From Gemmatimonadales bacterium (GTDB taxonomy: Bacteria > Gemmatimonadota > Gemmatimonadetes > Gemmatimonadales > GWC2-71-9), in NCBI GenBank assembly GCA_050733215.1, contig JBOHSN010000001.1, positions 1,487 through 65,486 of the forward strand: DNA of 64,000 nucleotides. The letters are read 5' to 3'. The notes under the pieces were generated by a model, which was not told where the DNA came from, ran no database searches, and saw only the letters and a program-made list of their open reading frames with translations. The position numbers and the translations under genes were made by a program. This document shows positions 46,296 through 54,722 of the stretch, one piece after another; positions within the stretch are counted from its first letter, which is position 1, and each line of letters opens with the position of its first letter.

Positions 46296-47386
46296 GCGGA
46301 GGAGGCGAGGAGCAGAAGGGCAGATGGGGCGGCAGTTCTGCTCGTCTGCTCCTCTGCTCATCTGTTCTTCTTGGGTTCGCCTGCGGCGGGGACACCGGAC
46401 CGAACGGACCGGGACCGCGAACCTACCGCATGGGCTTCTCGGGCATCCCGCCCCGCCCCGACCAGTCCGCCGTTCTCCCGACCGTCGACCAGTGGGCGTC
46501 GCGGGCCGACGCAGCGATCCTGCACATCTCTCCGCCGTGGAGCGCGCTGCTGGCGGGTACCGCCGCTGATGCCGCCGTTCGCGCCCTGCACCTCGCCCTG
46601 GTGGAGCACTACCGGAGCAGGGGCCTCGCCGTCGTCGTCACGCTGGACGCGACCGACGGGCTCAACCGCGCCGCGGAGGCGCCCGAGCTGGTCGCTCTGG
46701 GGCGGAGCATCAGCGAGCCCGCCGTCCAGCAGGCGTATCGGGGGTACGCGGTCGCGCTCGCGACCATTCTCGCTCCCGATTTCCTGGGCCTGGCGGCCGA
46801 AACCGACCTGATCCGCCTGGTGGCGCCACCCGCGCTGTACGCGGCGCTGGTGGCGATGGTGAACGATGCCGCCGCTGACGTGCGTGCCGGGGCGCCCGCG
46901 GTCCCGCTGTACGTCAGCGTGCAGGCGGAGGTGGCGTGGGGGCGGCAGCAGCCGACGCCTGCGTACATCGGTGTCACGCAGGATCTCGCCGACTTCCCGT
47001 TCGTGCAGGCACTCGGGATCTCGTCGTATCCGTATCTGGGCGGCTTCGCGGACCCGAAGGAGGTGCCGCTCGACTACTACGCGCGGCTGGGCGAGGACGG
47101 GTCGCTGCCCCTGCTCGTGGTGGAGGGAGGATGGCCGTCGGTGACGGTCGGCGCCGCCGAGTCGAGCCCCGAGGAGCAGGCGCGCTGGATCGATCGGCAG
47201 GTGGCGCTGCTCGACGCGGCCGGGGTGGACGCCGTCTTTCAGCTCACCTTCGCGGACTTGGACGAACCGGGCGGCTGGCCGGTGGGCATCGCTCCGTTCG
47301 CGAGACTCGGCCTGGTGGACCCGGCCTTCAACCCGAAGCCCGCGCTGGCGCGCTGGGACGCCGCGTTCACCCGTGTCCGGCAATGA
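46292..47386 (+). CDS. lipoprotein, clan GH-A (GH17-like) TIM-barrel glycoside hydrolase-like
   Basis: ATG 46292 gives a signal peptide with lipobox LLGFACGG. LLVVEGGWPS resembles the E-x-GWPS nucleophile motif of GH17-type glucanases. Confidence 0.7.
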   Translation: MSGGGEEQKGRWGGSSARLLLCSSVLLGFACGGDTGPNGPGPRTYRMGFSGIPPRPDQSAVLPTVDQWASRADAAILHISPPWSALLAGTAADAAVRALHLALVEHYRSRGLAVVVTLDATDGLNRAAEAPELVALGRSISEPAVQQAYRGYAVALATILAPDFLGLAAETDLIRLVAPPALYAALVAMVNDAAADVRAGAPAVPLYVSVQAEVAWGRQQPTPAYIGVTQDLADFPFVQALGISSYPYLGGFADPKEVPLDYYARLGEDGSLPLLVVEGGWPSVTVGAAESSPEEQARWIDRQVALLDAAGVDAVFQLTFADLDEPGGWPVGIAPFARLGLVDPAFNPKPALARWDAAFTRVRQ

Positions 47387-47400
47387 CCCGGCGGACTGGG

Positions 47401-48036
47401 CTAGGGCGACAGCCGCTCCACCCTCCAGCCATCACCCGCGCGCCGATACAGGATCCGGTCGTGCAACCGGTTCTCTCGCCCTTGCCAGAACTCGATCGTG
47501 TCGGGCCGCACGCGGAACCCGCCCCAATGCGGCGGCAGCGGCACGTCGGCACCGTCGAAGCGGGCGGTGATTTCCCGAAGGCCCGCGTCCAGCGCTTCGC
47601 GGGTCGCGATCACGCTGCTCTGATGCGACGTCCATGCGCCCAGCCGGCTGCCGCGGGGCCGGGACCGGAAATAGGCCTCGCTCTCCTCGCGGGAAACGCG
47701 GGACACGGCACCCGTGATCCGCACCTGCCGCTCCAGCTCGCCCCAGTGGAACGCCAGCGCCGCGCGCGGGTTGGCCTCGAGGTCCTGCCCCTTCCGGCTC
47801 CGGTAGTCGGTGAAGAACGCGAAGCCCCGTTCGTCGGCCCCCTTGAGCAGCACGATGCGGGCGGAGGGCTCGCCGTCCGGCGTCGCCGTGGCCAGGGTCA
47901 TCGCGTCCGGCTCGAGCAGCTCGGCCCGGTGCGCATCGTCGTACCAGCGCGCGAACTGGCGGATCGGGTCGGGATCCACCTCGGACTCGTCGAGACGGGC
48001 AGCCGCGTATTCCCGGCGCAGGTCTGAGATCGACAT
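47401..48036 (-). CDS. pdxH: pyridoxamine 5'-phosphate oxidase
   Basis: 211 aa with [39 protein letters not shown] and a C-terminal RLSP ending. Confidence 0.95.
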   Translation of the reverse strand: MSISDLRREYAAARLDESEVDPDPIRQFARWYDDAHRAELLEPDAMTLATATPDGEPSARIVLLKGADERGFAFFTDYRSRKGQDLEANPRAALAFHWGELERQVRITGAVSRVSREESEAYFRSRPRGSRLGAWTSHQSSVIATREALDAGLREITARFDGADVPLPPHWGGFRVRPDTIEFWQGRENRLHDRILYRRAGDGWRVERLSP

Positions 48037-48038
48037 GA

Positions 48039-48119
48039 GTGAGCGGTGAGCGGTAAGCGGTGAGCAGTGAGCGGGTTCTCGGACGCGGTCCCGCTTACCG
48101 CTTACCGCTCACCGCTCAC
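48039..48119. repeat. hairpin with GTRAGCR heptad arms (5 versus 4 units)
   Basis: Left arm 48039..48073 and right arm 48092..48119. It lies 2 nt from the pdxH ATG (48036) and 3 nt from the M24 stop (48123). Confidence 0.92.
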
Positions 48120-48122
48120 TCC

Positions 48123-49502
48123 TCAGTGAATAAGGTGGAGCTCGGTCTGCCGCTGATACGCCCACCGCGGTACGCCGTCGGGACCCATCACCATGTCCTC
48201 CTCCTGCGGCATTCGCACCCGCTGGCCATTCCACTCGGGGATCGCCGATGTGGCCTGGAGCTCGATCGAGTACCACATCGTGGGGATCACCTTGTGATCG
48301 CCGCGCCCGGGCACTCCCTCCTGATAGTCCCAGAGGCCGATGAGCGGCCCCGAGCCGTGCCCGTGCAACCCGATCGGGTGTGAGTAGATCGTGCCGTCGA
48401 TGCCTGCTTTCGCCAGGCGGGCCCGGGAGGAGGCGAGGATCTGGTTCCCCGTGCGCCCCGGCCGGACCTCCTCCATCAGGATGTCCTGCATCCGGTTGGA
48501 GCGGGCGAGCGCCTTCCTGATCCCCTCGGGCGCGTCCCGCTCGTCCTCGCGCAGCACGTAGGCGAGGTGCTGGATGTCGGTATTGAGCCGAAGCGCGGTG
48601 ATGCCGACGTCGCAGTGCAGCACGTCGCCCCGCTCGATGATCGGGTCGTCGCCGAGCTGCTCGTCGGTGGCGCCCTTCCGCTGCACGTCCACCGACGGCT
48701 GGAACCAGGTGCCGAGCCCCATGTCGTTCACCGCCTGGCGGAAGTACCAGGCGAGATCGCTGGTGCGAGTAACGCCGGGCTTCACGATGCGGTCGGAGAA
48801 CATCGTGTCGATCACCGCCCAGGTGACCTTCGCGAGATCGTTGTAGAAGCGCTGCTCGTCGGGCAGGCGCGCCGCGAGCAGGTCCACGGCGAGACCCTCC
48901 GCGCGCTTGAAGCGCTTGGTCCAGCGGGGCCCGAGCGCCTGGCGCATCCCGCCGTACTCGCCCGCGGTGAGCCCATCGGCAAACGCGAACGTGCGCGAGA
49001 TGTTCACACCGATGACCTTGGGCCGCCGGGTCTCGATGACTTCCTTCAGCACCTCCCATTGCTGGTCACCCCAGAGCTCCGCCTGCCGCCCCGCCACCGC
49101 GGCCTCGACCCGCTTGGTGCTCCGCACCGCGCGGTACACGCCCCCCTGCGAGCTGCCGCCCAGCGCGATACGCTCGATGCCGGCCTCGGGCCCGCGGTCC
49201 CAGAACACGTAGATGGTGCGGCGCCGGGCCGCGAACGTCGTGGGCGACACCAGGGCCTTGAAGAGCGGATCCTCGGCGTACTCCCGCATGGGGATCACCC
49301 ACATGTCGATCCCGTACTGGCGCATGAGGCCGGGCAGGATGCTGTCCATCCGGGTCTGGAGCCAGAGCTGCTCGCGATCGGCCTGCTGGCGGAGCGTGCC
49401 GAACGGGCGAGACTGGGCGGACAGGCGGGCCGGCGGGCTGGCGGGCAGGGCGGCCGCGGCGAGGGCGAGGCCCAGCACAACGCGGCGGAGTTGTATGAGC
49501 AT
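48123..49502 (-). CDS. M24 family metallopeptidase (Xaa-Pro aminopeptidase-like), secreted
   Basis: ATG 49502 gives MLIQLRRVVLGLALAAAALPASPPARLSAQ (signal peptide). Metal-ligand blocks are VLHCDVG, HPIGLHGHG and SIELQA. Confidence 0.88.
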   Translation of the reverse strand: MLIQLRRVVLGLALAAAALPASPPARLSAQSRPFGTLRQQADREQLWLQTRMDSILPGLMRQYGIDMWVIPMREYAEDPLFKALVSPTTFAARRRTIYVFWDRGPEAGIERIALGGSSQGGVYRAVRSTKRVEAAVAGRQAELWGDQQWEVLKEVIETRRPKVIGVNISRTFAFADGLTAGEYGGMRQALGPRWTKRFKRAEGLAVDLLAARLPDEQRFYNDLAKVTWAVIDTMFSDRIVKPGVTRTSDLAWYFRQAVNDMGLGTWFQPSVDVQRKGATDEQLGDDPIIERGDVLHCDVGITALRLNTDIQHLAYVLREDERDAPEGIRKALARSNRMQDILMEEVRPGRTGNQILASSRARLAKAGIDGTIYSHPIGLHGHGSGPLIGLWDYQEGVPGRGDHKVIPTMWYSIELQATSAIPEWNGQRVRMPQEEDMVMGPDGVPRWAYQRQTELHLIH

Positions 49503-49513
49503 GCGGGAAAATA

Positions 49514-49630
49514 GGCGGGAGAGGGAGGGAGAGGGCGGGAGAGGGCGGGAGTGGGCGCGCGAGGGCGGGAGTGGCCGTTCAGCCCGCTCCCGCCTGGTCC
49601 CGCCCGTTCCCACCCACTCCCGCCTGCTCC
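49514..49630. repeat. hairpin with decamer-repeat arms (GGCGGGAGAG-type, 6 versus ~5 units)
   Basis: Left arm 49514..49573 and right arm 49583..49630. The SufU-like stop (49579..49581) is in the loop, and the SufU tail AAEEQAGVGGNGRDQAGAG is encoded by the right arm. The M24 ATG is 12 nt from the left arm. Confidence 0.9.
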
Positions 49631-50136
49631 TCCGCCGCCTTGCCGTACACCAGGCCGGCCTCACTGCGGGCGTTGAGCAGGGCACGCTGCATCTCGCGGA
49701 TCTGTTCGTCGGTGTGTCCCGCCGCTCGAAGCCTCCGGTGCGACTGGATGCTCCGTGCGGCCATCTTGAGCGTGCCGAGCGCGAGCGTGGCACAGCGCTC
49801 CCGGAACCCGACGACCTCGCGGCCGAGCTGATCGACCATGTCGTCGTAGGAAAGCTCCCCAACCTCATCCAGGGTGGGATGGGTGCGGTTGATCCGGTCG
49901 GCGAGGATCGACGCGGCGGCCTGGCTGATGGTGCAGCCCTCGCCCTCGAATCGCACCGCCTCGATCCGGTCCGACCCCGGCTCGGTCTTCACGTACATGG
50001 TCACGAGATCGCCGCAGCCCGGGTTCCCGCCGGGCATCACCGCGTCCGCGCCCTCCAGCGTGCCTTTGTGCCGGGGATGCTGGTAATGATGGACCAGCCG
50101 CTCGATGAGGGTGTGTCGGTCGGGGGTCGCGGGCAT
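49579..50136 (-). CDS. NifU/IscU/SufU-type Fe-S cluster scaffold-like protein
   Basis: 185 aa with the three conserved Cys contexts NPGCGD, GEGCTISQAAAS and RERCATLALGTL. It has an atypical ~45-aa C-terminal extension. Confidence 0.85.
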   Translation of the reverse strand: MPATPDRHTLIERLVHHYQHPRHKGTLEGADAVMPGGNPGCGDLVTMYVKTEPGSDRIEAVRFEGEGCTISQAAASILADRINRTHPTLDEVGELSYDDMVDQLGREVVGFRERCATLALGTLKMAARSIQSHRRLRAAGHTDEQIREMQRALLNARSEAGLVYGKAAEEQAGVGGNGRDQAGAG

Positions 50137-50144
50137 GGGAGAAA

Positions 50145-50267
50145 GCTAATAGCTATCCGCTATCCGCTATCCGCTATCCGCTATCCGCTGGTGCTTGCCC
50201 GGCATCGCGATGCCAGCAACGCCTCGGCGGATAGCGGATAGCGGATAGCCGACGACCGATAGCCGAC
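50145..50267. repeat. hairpin with TATCCGC/GCGGATA heptad arms (5 versus 3 plus degenerate units)
   Basis: Left arm 50154..50188 has 5 perfect TATCCGC units. The loop contains the 14-bp palindrome GGCATCGCGATGCC. The right arm 50227..50267 has 3 GCGGATA units plus a degenerate GCCGACGACCGATAGCCGAC stretch. It lies between the rhodanese stop (50270) and the SufU-like ATG (50136). Confidence 0.92.
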
Positions 50268-50269
50268 TC

Positions 50270-51163
50270 CTACGGCTTCTCGATCGGCAGCCGAACCGCG
50301 TTCCCCCACTCGGTCCACGACCCGTCGTAGTTCCGCACCTTGTCGAAGCCGAGCAGGTACGTGAGCGCGAACCAGGTGTGCGAGGAGCGCTCGCCGATCC
50401 GGCAGTAGACGACGTTGTCCCCGTCCTTCGTGAGCCCGTGCTCCTGCTGGTAGATGGTCCGGAGCTCGCTGGCGGGACGGAACGTATGGTTTTCCGGGTT
50501 CACGGCCCGCGCCCAGGGAATGCTCCGGGCCCCGGGAATGTGCCCGCCGCGGAGCGCCCCTTCGCTCGGATACTCCGGCATGTGGAGCCGTTCGCCCCGG
50601 AATTCCTCGGGGCTCCGCACGTCTACCAGCGGCCGCTTGGCCCGGACGTGCTCCAGGACCTCGTCGCGGAAGGAGCGGATCGCCGCCTCGTTCCGCTCAC
50701 CGACGGTGATGTTCCCCTCGGGATAGGACGGGACGGTGGTCTCGAGCGGCCGCCCCTCGTCGGCCCAGCGCATGCGGCCGCCGTCCATGATCCGGAGGTT
50801 CTCGACGCCGAACAGCCGCAGCACCCAGAACGAGTAGCAGGCCCACCAGTTGTTCTTGTCGCCGTAGAAAACGATCGTGGTGTCGCGGTTGATGCCCTTG
50901 GACCGGAGCACCGCCTGGAGGCGCTCGCGGTTCACGTAGTCGCGCACCAGCGGATCGTTCAGGTCGGCGACCCAGTCGATCTTCACCGCGCCGGGCACGT
51001 GCCCGGTCTCGTAAAGCAGCAGGTCCTCGTCGGACTCGACGAGCCGGACCTTGGGATCGGTAAGGTGGTCGGCCACCCAGTCGGTGGAGACCAGCACTTC
51101 GGGCCGCGCGTAGCCTCGATCCGCGATCGGCATCACGCCCGGCGCCGTGCTCAGCTGCGCCAT
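50270..51163 (-). CDS. thiosulfate sulfurtransferase (tandem rhodanese domains)
   Basis: 297 aa with [22 protein letters not shown] and the active-site loop [14 protein letters not shown]. Confidence 0.9.
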   Translation of the reverse strand: MAQLSTAPGVMPIADRGYARPEVLVSTDWVADHLTDPKVRLVESDEDLLLYETGHVPGAVKIDWVADLNDPLVRDYVNRERLQAVLRSKGINRDTTIVFYGDKNNWWACYSFWVLRLFGVENLRIMDGGRMRWADEGRPLETTVPSYPEGNITVGERNEAAIRSFRDEVLEHVRAKRPLVDVRSPEEFRGERLHMPEYPSEGALRGGHIPGARSIPWARAVNPENHTFRPASELRTIYQQEHGLTKDGDNVVYCRIGERSSHTWFALTYLLGFDKVRNYDGSWTEWGNAVRLPIEKP

Positions 51164-51236
51164 ATCACATCACTCGCACGTTGGGGTCAGTCCCAAATTG
51201 CGAGTGAAATGATCGGGATGTCAAGATGAGTCGGTT

Positions 51237-51398
51237 TCAGACCACCCGCCGCCCGGTCACGAGCCGATAGACGAACACCACGACCGCGAGGATGAGGAGG
51301 AGGTGAATCAGGCCGCCGGCGATGTGGAACACGGCGAAGCCCAGCACCCAGGCCACCAAAAGCAGGATTGCGAGCCAGAGCATCGGTCGTTTCTCCAT
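51237..51398 (-). CDS. lmo0937-family small membrane protein (53 aa)
   Basis: Below the ORF-track size cutoff. Manual translation gives MEKRPMLWLAILLLVAWVLGFAVFHIAGGLIHLLLILAVVVFVYRLVTGRRVV, closely matching the two-helix GGLIHLLL pattern of this family. Confidence 0.8.
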   Translation of the reverse strand: MEKRPMLWLAILLLVAWVLGFAVFHIAGGLIHLLLILAVVVFVYRLVTGRRVV

Positions 51399-51518
51399 CC
51401 ATAGGGCTGATAGATTGGCACACGCGCGTTACCAGCAGGCTCAATCTCCACCCGCGCCGCCATCGCGTCTGTGAGCCCCCTTACGGGGGACCGGCCGGCG
51501 CACGACTCCGGAGCATGC

Positions 51519-53759
51519 ATGTCCCTGGCCACCCGGTCCCCCCTCGTCCTCGCGCTCGCCCTCGGGCTGACCCCCGGTCCGGCCGCTCGGCCGGACGATG
51601 GATGGGAGACCCGCTTCCGCGCCGTCCCCAGCACCGACAGCCTCAAGAGCTACATGCGGCATCTCTCGGCGCGGCCCCACCACCTCGGGTCGCCCTACGG
51701 TCTTGCGAATGCGCGCTGGATGCGCGACCGGTTCGCCGCCTGGGGCTGGGACGCGCGGATCGAGACGTTCGACGTGCTCTTCCCCACTCCGCGGGAGCGC
51801 GTGGTCGAGCTGGTGTCGCCGCGGCCGTTCCGCGCGCGGCTCCGGGAGCCGGCCGTGCCCGGCGACCCCACCACCACCCAACGCGCCGAGCAGCTGGCCG
51901 GGTACCACGCGTACTCCGCCGACGGCGACGTCACCGCTCCGCTGGTCTACGTGAACTACGGCATTCCCGCCGACTACGAGCGGCTCGAGCGGATGGGCGT
52001 GTCGGTGAAGGGGGCGATCGTAATCGCCCGGTACGGCGGCTCCTGGCGCGGCATCAAGCCCAAGGTCGCGGCCGAGCAGGGCGCCGTGGGCACCATCATC
52101 TATTCCGATCCGAGGGACGACGGCTACTTCGCGGGCGATGTCTATCCCGGCGGCCCCATGCGGCCGCCAGGCGGTGTCCAGCGCGGGAGCGTGGCGGACA
52201 TGCCGTATCACCCTGGCGATCCGCTGACGCCGGGTGTCGGTGCCACCAAGGACGCGAAGCGGCTGGAACGGAAAGACGCGAAGACCATAACGAGGATTCC
52301 CGTCCTGCCGATCTCGTATGCCGACGCGGAGCCGCTGCTCCGGGCGCTCGGCGGGGGTGTCGCGCCCGCGGAATGGCGCGGCGCGCTGCCGATCACCTAT
52401 CACGTCGGCCCCGGCCCGGCCCGGGTGCACCTCAGGGTGCGCTCGGACTGGAAGCTCCAGACCGTGCACAACGTGGTCGCGCGGATTCCCGGCAGCGAGG
52501 CGCCCGACGAATGGATCGTCCGGGGCAACCATCACGACGCCTGGGTGAACGGTGCGGTCGACCCGATCTCCGGCATGGTCGCGGTCCTGGAGGAGGCGCG
52601 CGCCATGGGCGCGCTGCTCGAGCAGGGCTGGCGCCCGCGCCGCACCATCATCTACGCCGGATGGGACGGCGAGGAGCCGGGGCTGCTCGGCTCCACGGAA
52701 TGGGCGGAGGCGCACGCCGACGAGCTCCGGGCCAAGGCCGTTGCGTATCTCAACACCGACTCCAACATGCGCGGCTTCCTCGAAGCCGGTGGCTCCCACT
52801 CGCTCGAGGCGCTGCTCAACGATGTGGCCCGCGACGTCCGCGATCCGGAGACCGGGCTTACGGTGTGGAAGCGGTGGCAGCTCAACGACATCGCGAAGGG
52901 CAACGCGGAGGCGCGGAAGGAGCTGCGGGAACGCCCCGACCTTCGCCTCGATGCGCTCGGCTCCGGCTCGGACTACAGCCCCTTCCTTCAGCACCTGGGT
53001 ATCGCATCGCTGAATCTGGGCTTCGACGGTGAGGGATTCGGCTCGTCGGGCGTCTACCATTCCATCTACGACGACTACCGGTGGTTCTCGCGGTTCGGGG
53101 ACACCACGTTTACCTACGGCCAGGCGCTGGCTCAGCTGGTCGGGAGCGCGGTGATCCGGCTGGCGGACGCCGAGGTCATTCCGTACGAGTTCCGCCCGCT
53201 GCACGATGCGGCCGCGAAGTACGCCGGCGAGGTGAAGAAGCTCCTGGCCGAGCGGCAGGATACGGTCAGAGAGCGGAACCGGCAGCTCGACGAGGGCGTG
53301 TTCGCGGCCATCCGCGACCCGTGGCAGCCGGACGCGGATCCGGTGCGGGAGGAGGTGCCGCCGGCGCTCGACTTCGCGCCGCTCGACAGCGCGTTGGGCC
53401 GCCTGGGGGTCAGCGCTCGCCGATACGATTCGTTGCTAGCGGCGAAGAGCGGAGGAGCGGAAGAGCAGAAGAGCCGGTGGGATACCGCCGCGCTCAGCGC
53501 GCTGAACGCGAAGCTCATCGTCACCGAGCGCGCGCTGACGCGAAGCGAGGGTCTGCCCGGCCGCCCCTGGTATCGGCACCAGATCTACGCGCCGGGCTTC
53601 TACACCGGCTATGGCGTGAAGACGCTGCCCGGCGTGCGCGAGGCCATCGAGGAGCGGCGCTGGGACGAAGCCCGGCAGCAGATCGCCCTGTTGGCCACGG
53701 TGCTCGGCGCGACAGCGCGGGCGATCGACGAGGCCGCTATGGCGCTCGAGCGACTCTGA
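51519..53759 (+). CDS. M28 family peptidase, glutamate carboxypeptidase II (PSMA/NAALADase)-like with PA and TfR-dimer domains
   Basis: ATG 51519 gives a signal peptide (MSLATRSPLVLALALG). GWDGEEPGLLGSTEWAE and GSGSDYSPFLQHLGIASL are typical GCPII blocks. The C-terminal helical dimerisation domain is present. Confidence 0.9.
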   Translation: MSLATRSPLVLALALGLTPGPAARPDDGWETRFRAVPSTDSLKSYMRHLSARPHHLGSPYGLANARWMRDRFAAWGWDARIETFDVLFPTPRERVVELVSPRPFRARLREPAVPGDPTTTQRAEQLAGYHAYSADGDVTAPLVYVNYGIPADYERLERMGVSVKGAIVIARYGGSWRGIKPKVAAEQGAVGTIIYSDPRDDGYFAGDVYPGGPMRPPGGVQRGSVADMPYHPGDPLTPGVGATKDAKRLERKDAKTITRIPVLPISYADAEPLLRALGGGVAPAEWRGALPITYHVGPGPARVHLRVRSDWKLQTVHNVVARIPGSEAPDEWIVRGNHHDAWVNGAVDPISGMVAVLEEARAMGALLEQGWRPRRTIIYAGWDGEEPGLLGSTEWAEAHADELRAKAVAYLNTDSNMRGFLEAGGSHSLEALLNDVARDVRDPETGLTVWKRWQLNDIAKGNAEARKELRERPDLRLDALGSGSDYSPFLQHLGIASLNLGFDGEGFGSSGVYHSIYDDYRWFSRFGDTTFTYGQALAQLVGSAVIRLADAEVIPYEFRPLHDAAAKYAGEVKKLLAERQDTVRERNRQLDEGVFAAIRDPWQPDADPVREEVPPALDFAPLDSALGRLGVSARRYDSLLAAKSGGAEEQKSRWDTAALSALNAKLIVTERALTRSEGLPGRPWYRHQIYAPGFYTGYGVKTLPGVREAIEERRWDEARQQIALLATVLGATARAIDEAAMALERL

Positions 53760-53768
53760 GGAGGCATC

Positions 53769-54485
53769 ATGGGCGGCACGGGGCTGCTGATCTACGGAAC
53801 CCTCGCGCCGGAGCGGCTGGTCCCGCGCCCGCTGCCGCGAACGCTGTTCGATCGCCTGCTGGGGCGGACGCGCCACGTGGCGCCCAAGGTGACTCCGCAT
53901 GGAGGGGGCGCCGAGCGTATCCAGCTCGACGCCGCGGAGCTCGGGCCGCTGATACCCCGGTTCAGGGACTTCCTGGCGCGGAAGCTTTCCCGGCCGAATG
54001 AAGCATCGCATCAGGTGCTGGAGTACCTGGAGTTGAAGAACATCCCCAGCCTCTACCTGCGCGGCGAGCGGGAGCCCGGGCAAGAGCCCGAGTGGTACAC
54101 CCAGCTGGGCTTCTCCGGCTGCGCCGGCATGGCGGAAGTCTCCGCGCTGGTCGCCTGCCACTGGGCGGCGGCGTGGGTGCAGGACGAGCTGCCCGCGGTC
54201 GGGCGCGACATCTTCACGCCGTTCGGGTTCGCGCCGACCCCGGGGCAGACGTTCGCGGAGTCCGACCTATTCCTGCCGGTCGCGGAGCTGGGCTATCTGC
54301 GATATGTTCCCGCGGACGAGCGGGAAGAGGATGGGCTCGTCTTCGAGGTGGACTACGCCCTGCAGGAGGCGGTGGAGGACGCCGACCAACGGGTCGCCGA
54401 TGCGAGCGCCCGCCACGCCGGTCTTATGACCGACGGACGGTGCCGCTGCCAGCTGTGTGCCCCGGAGTTCGCGCCGCTCACCTAG
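53769..54485 (+). CDS. hypothetical protein
   Basis: 238 aa. ATG is preceded by GAGGAGG, 9 nt after the M28 stop. It is acidic and ends in a Cys-rich CRCQLCAPEF tail. No recognised domain. Confidence 0.6.
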   Translation: MGGTGLLIYGTLAPERLVPRPLPRTLFDRLLGRTRHVAPKVTPHGGGAERIQLDAAELGPLIPRFRDFLARKLSRPNEASHQVLEYLELKNIPSLYLRGEREPGQEPEWYTQLGFSGCAGMAEVSALVACHWAAAWVQDELPAVGRDIFTPFGFAPTPGQTFAESDLFLPVAELGYLRYVPADEREEDGLVFEVDYALQEAVEDADQRVADASARHAGLMTDGRCRCQLCAPEFAPLT

Positions 54486-54719
54486 GCGGGCACAAGTCGT
54501 CCGGCTGCACGGGCGGCCGGAACACCAGGTCGAACGCCAGAAACAGCGTCTGTACGCGCCGACGATGTATCCCTGCTCGCCGCGCTCGAGCCGGAGACGG
54601 CATGCCGGACAGCAGTCGCGCATGCGGAACCAGGACGAGAACAGCGGGCCGGAGCCACAGTTGGGGCAGCGCAGCCGGAGCGCGCGGGCCGTGAGGGTCA
54701 CGACGCGGGGGAGGGACAT
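54267..54719 (-). CDS. DUF983-like zinc-ribbon protein, possibly frameshifted
   Basis: The first ~56 aa (LRCPNCGSGPLFSSWFRMRDCCPACRLRLERGEQGYIVGAY) match the DUF983 N-terminus. After that the frame becomes Arg/Cys-rich nonsense. The adjacent frame gives VQTLFLAFDLVFRPP and stops at 54478. Confidence 0.45.
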   Translation of the reverse strand: MSLPRVVTLTARALRLRCPNCGSGPLFSSWFRMRDCCPACRLRLERGEQGYIVGAYRRCFWRSTWCSGRPCSRTTCARLGERRELRGTQLAAAPSVGHKTGVAGARIGDPLVGVLHRLLQGVVHLEDEPILFPLVRGNISQIAQLRDRQE

Positions 54720-54722
54720 GGA

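Noticed and set aside
51441-53204. 587-aa minus ORF and 554-aa plus off-frame ORF over the M28 peptidase gene
   Set aside because: The GCPII-like motifs are in the 51471..53759 frame. The others are compositional shadows.
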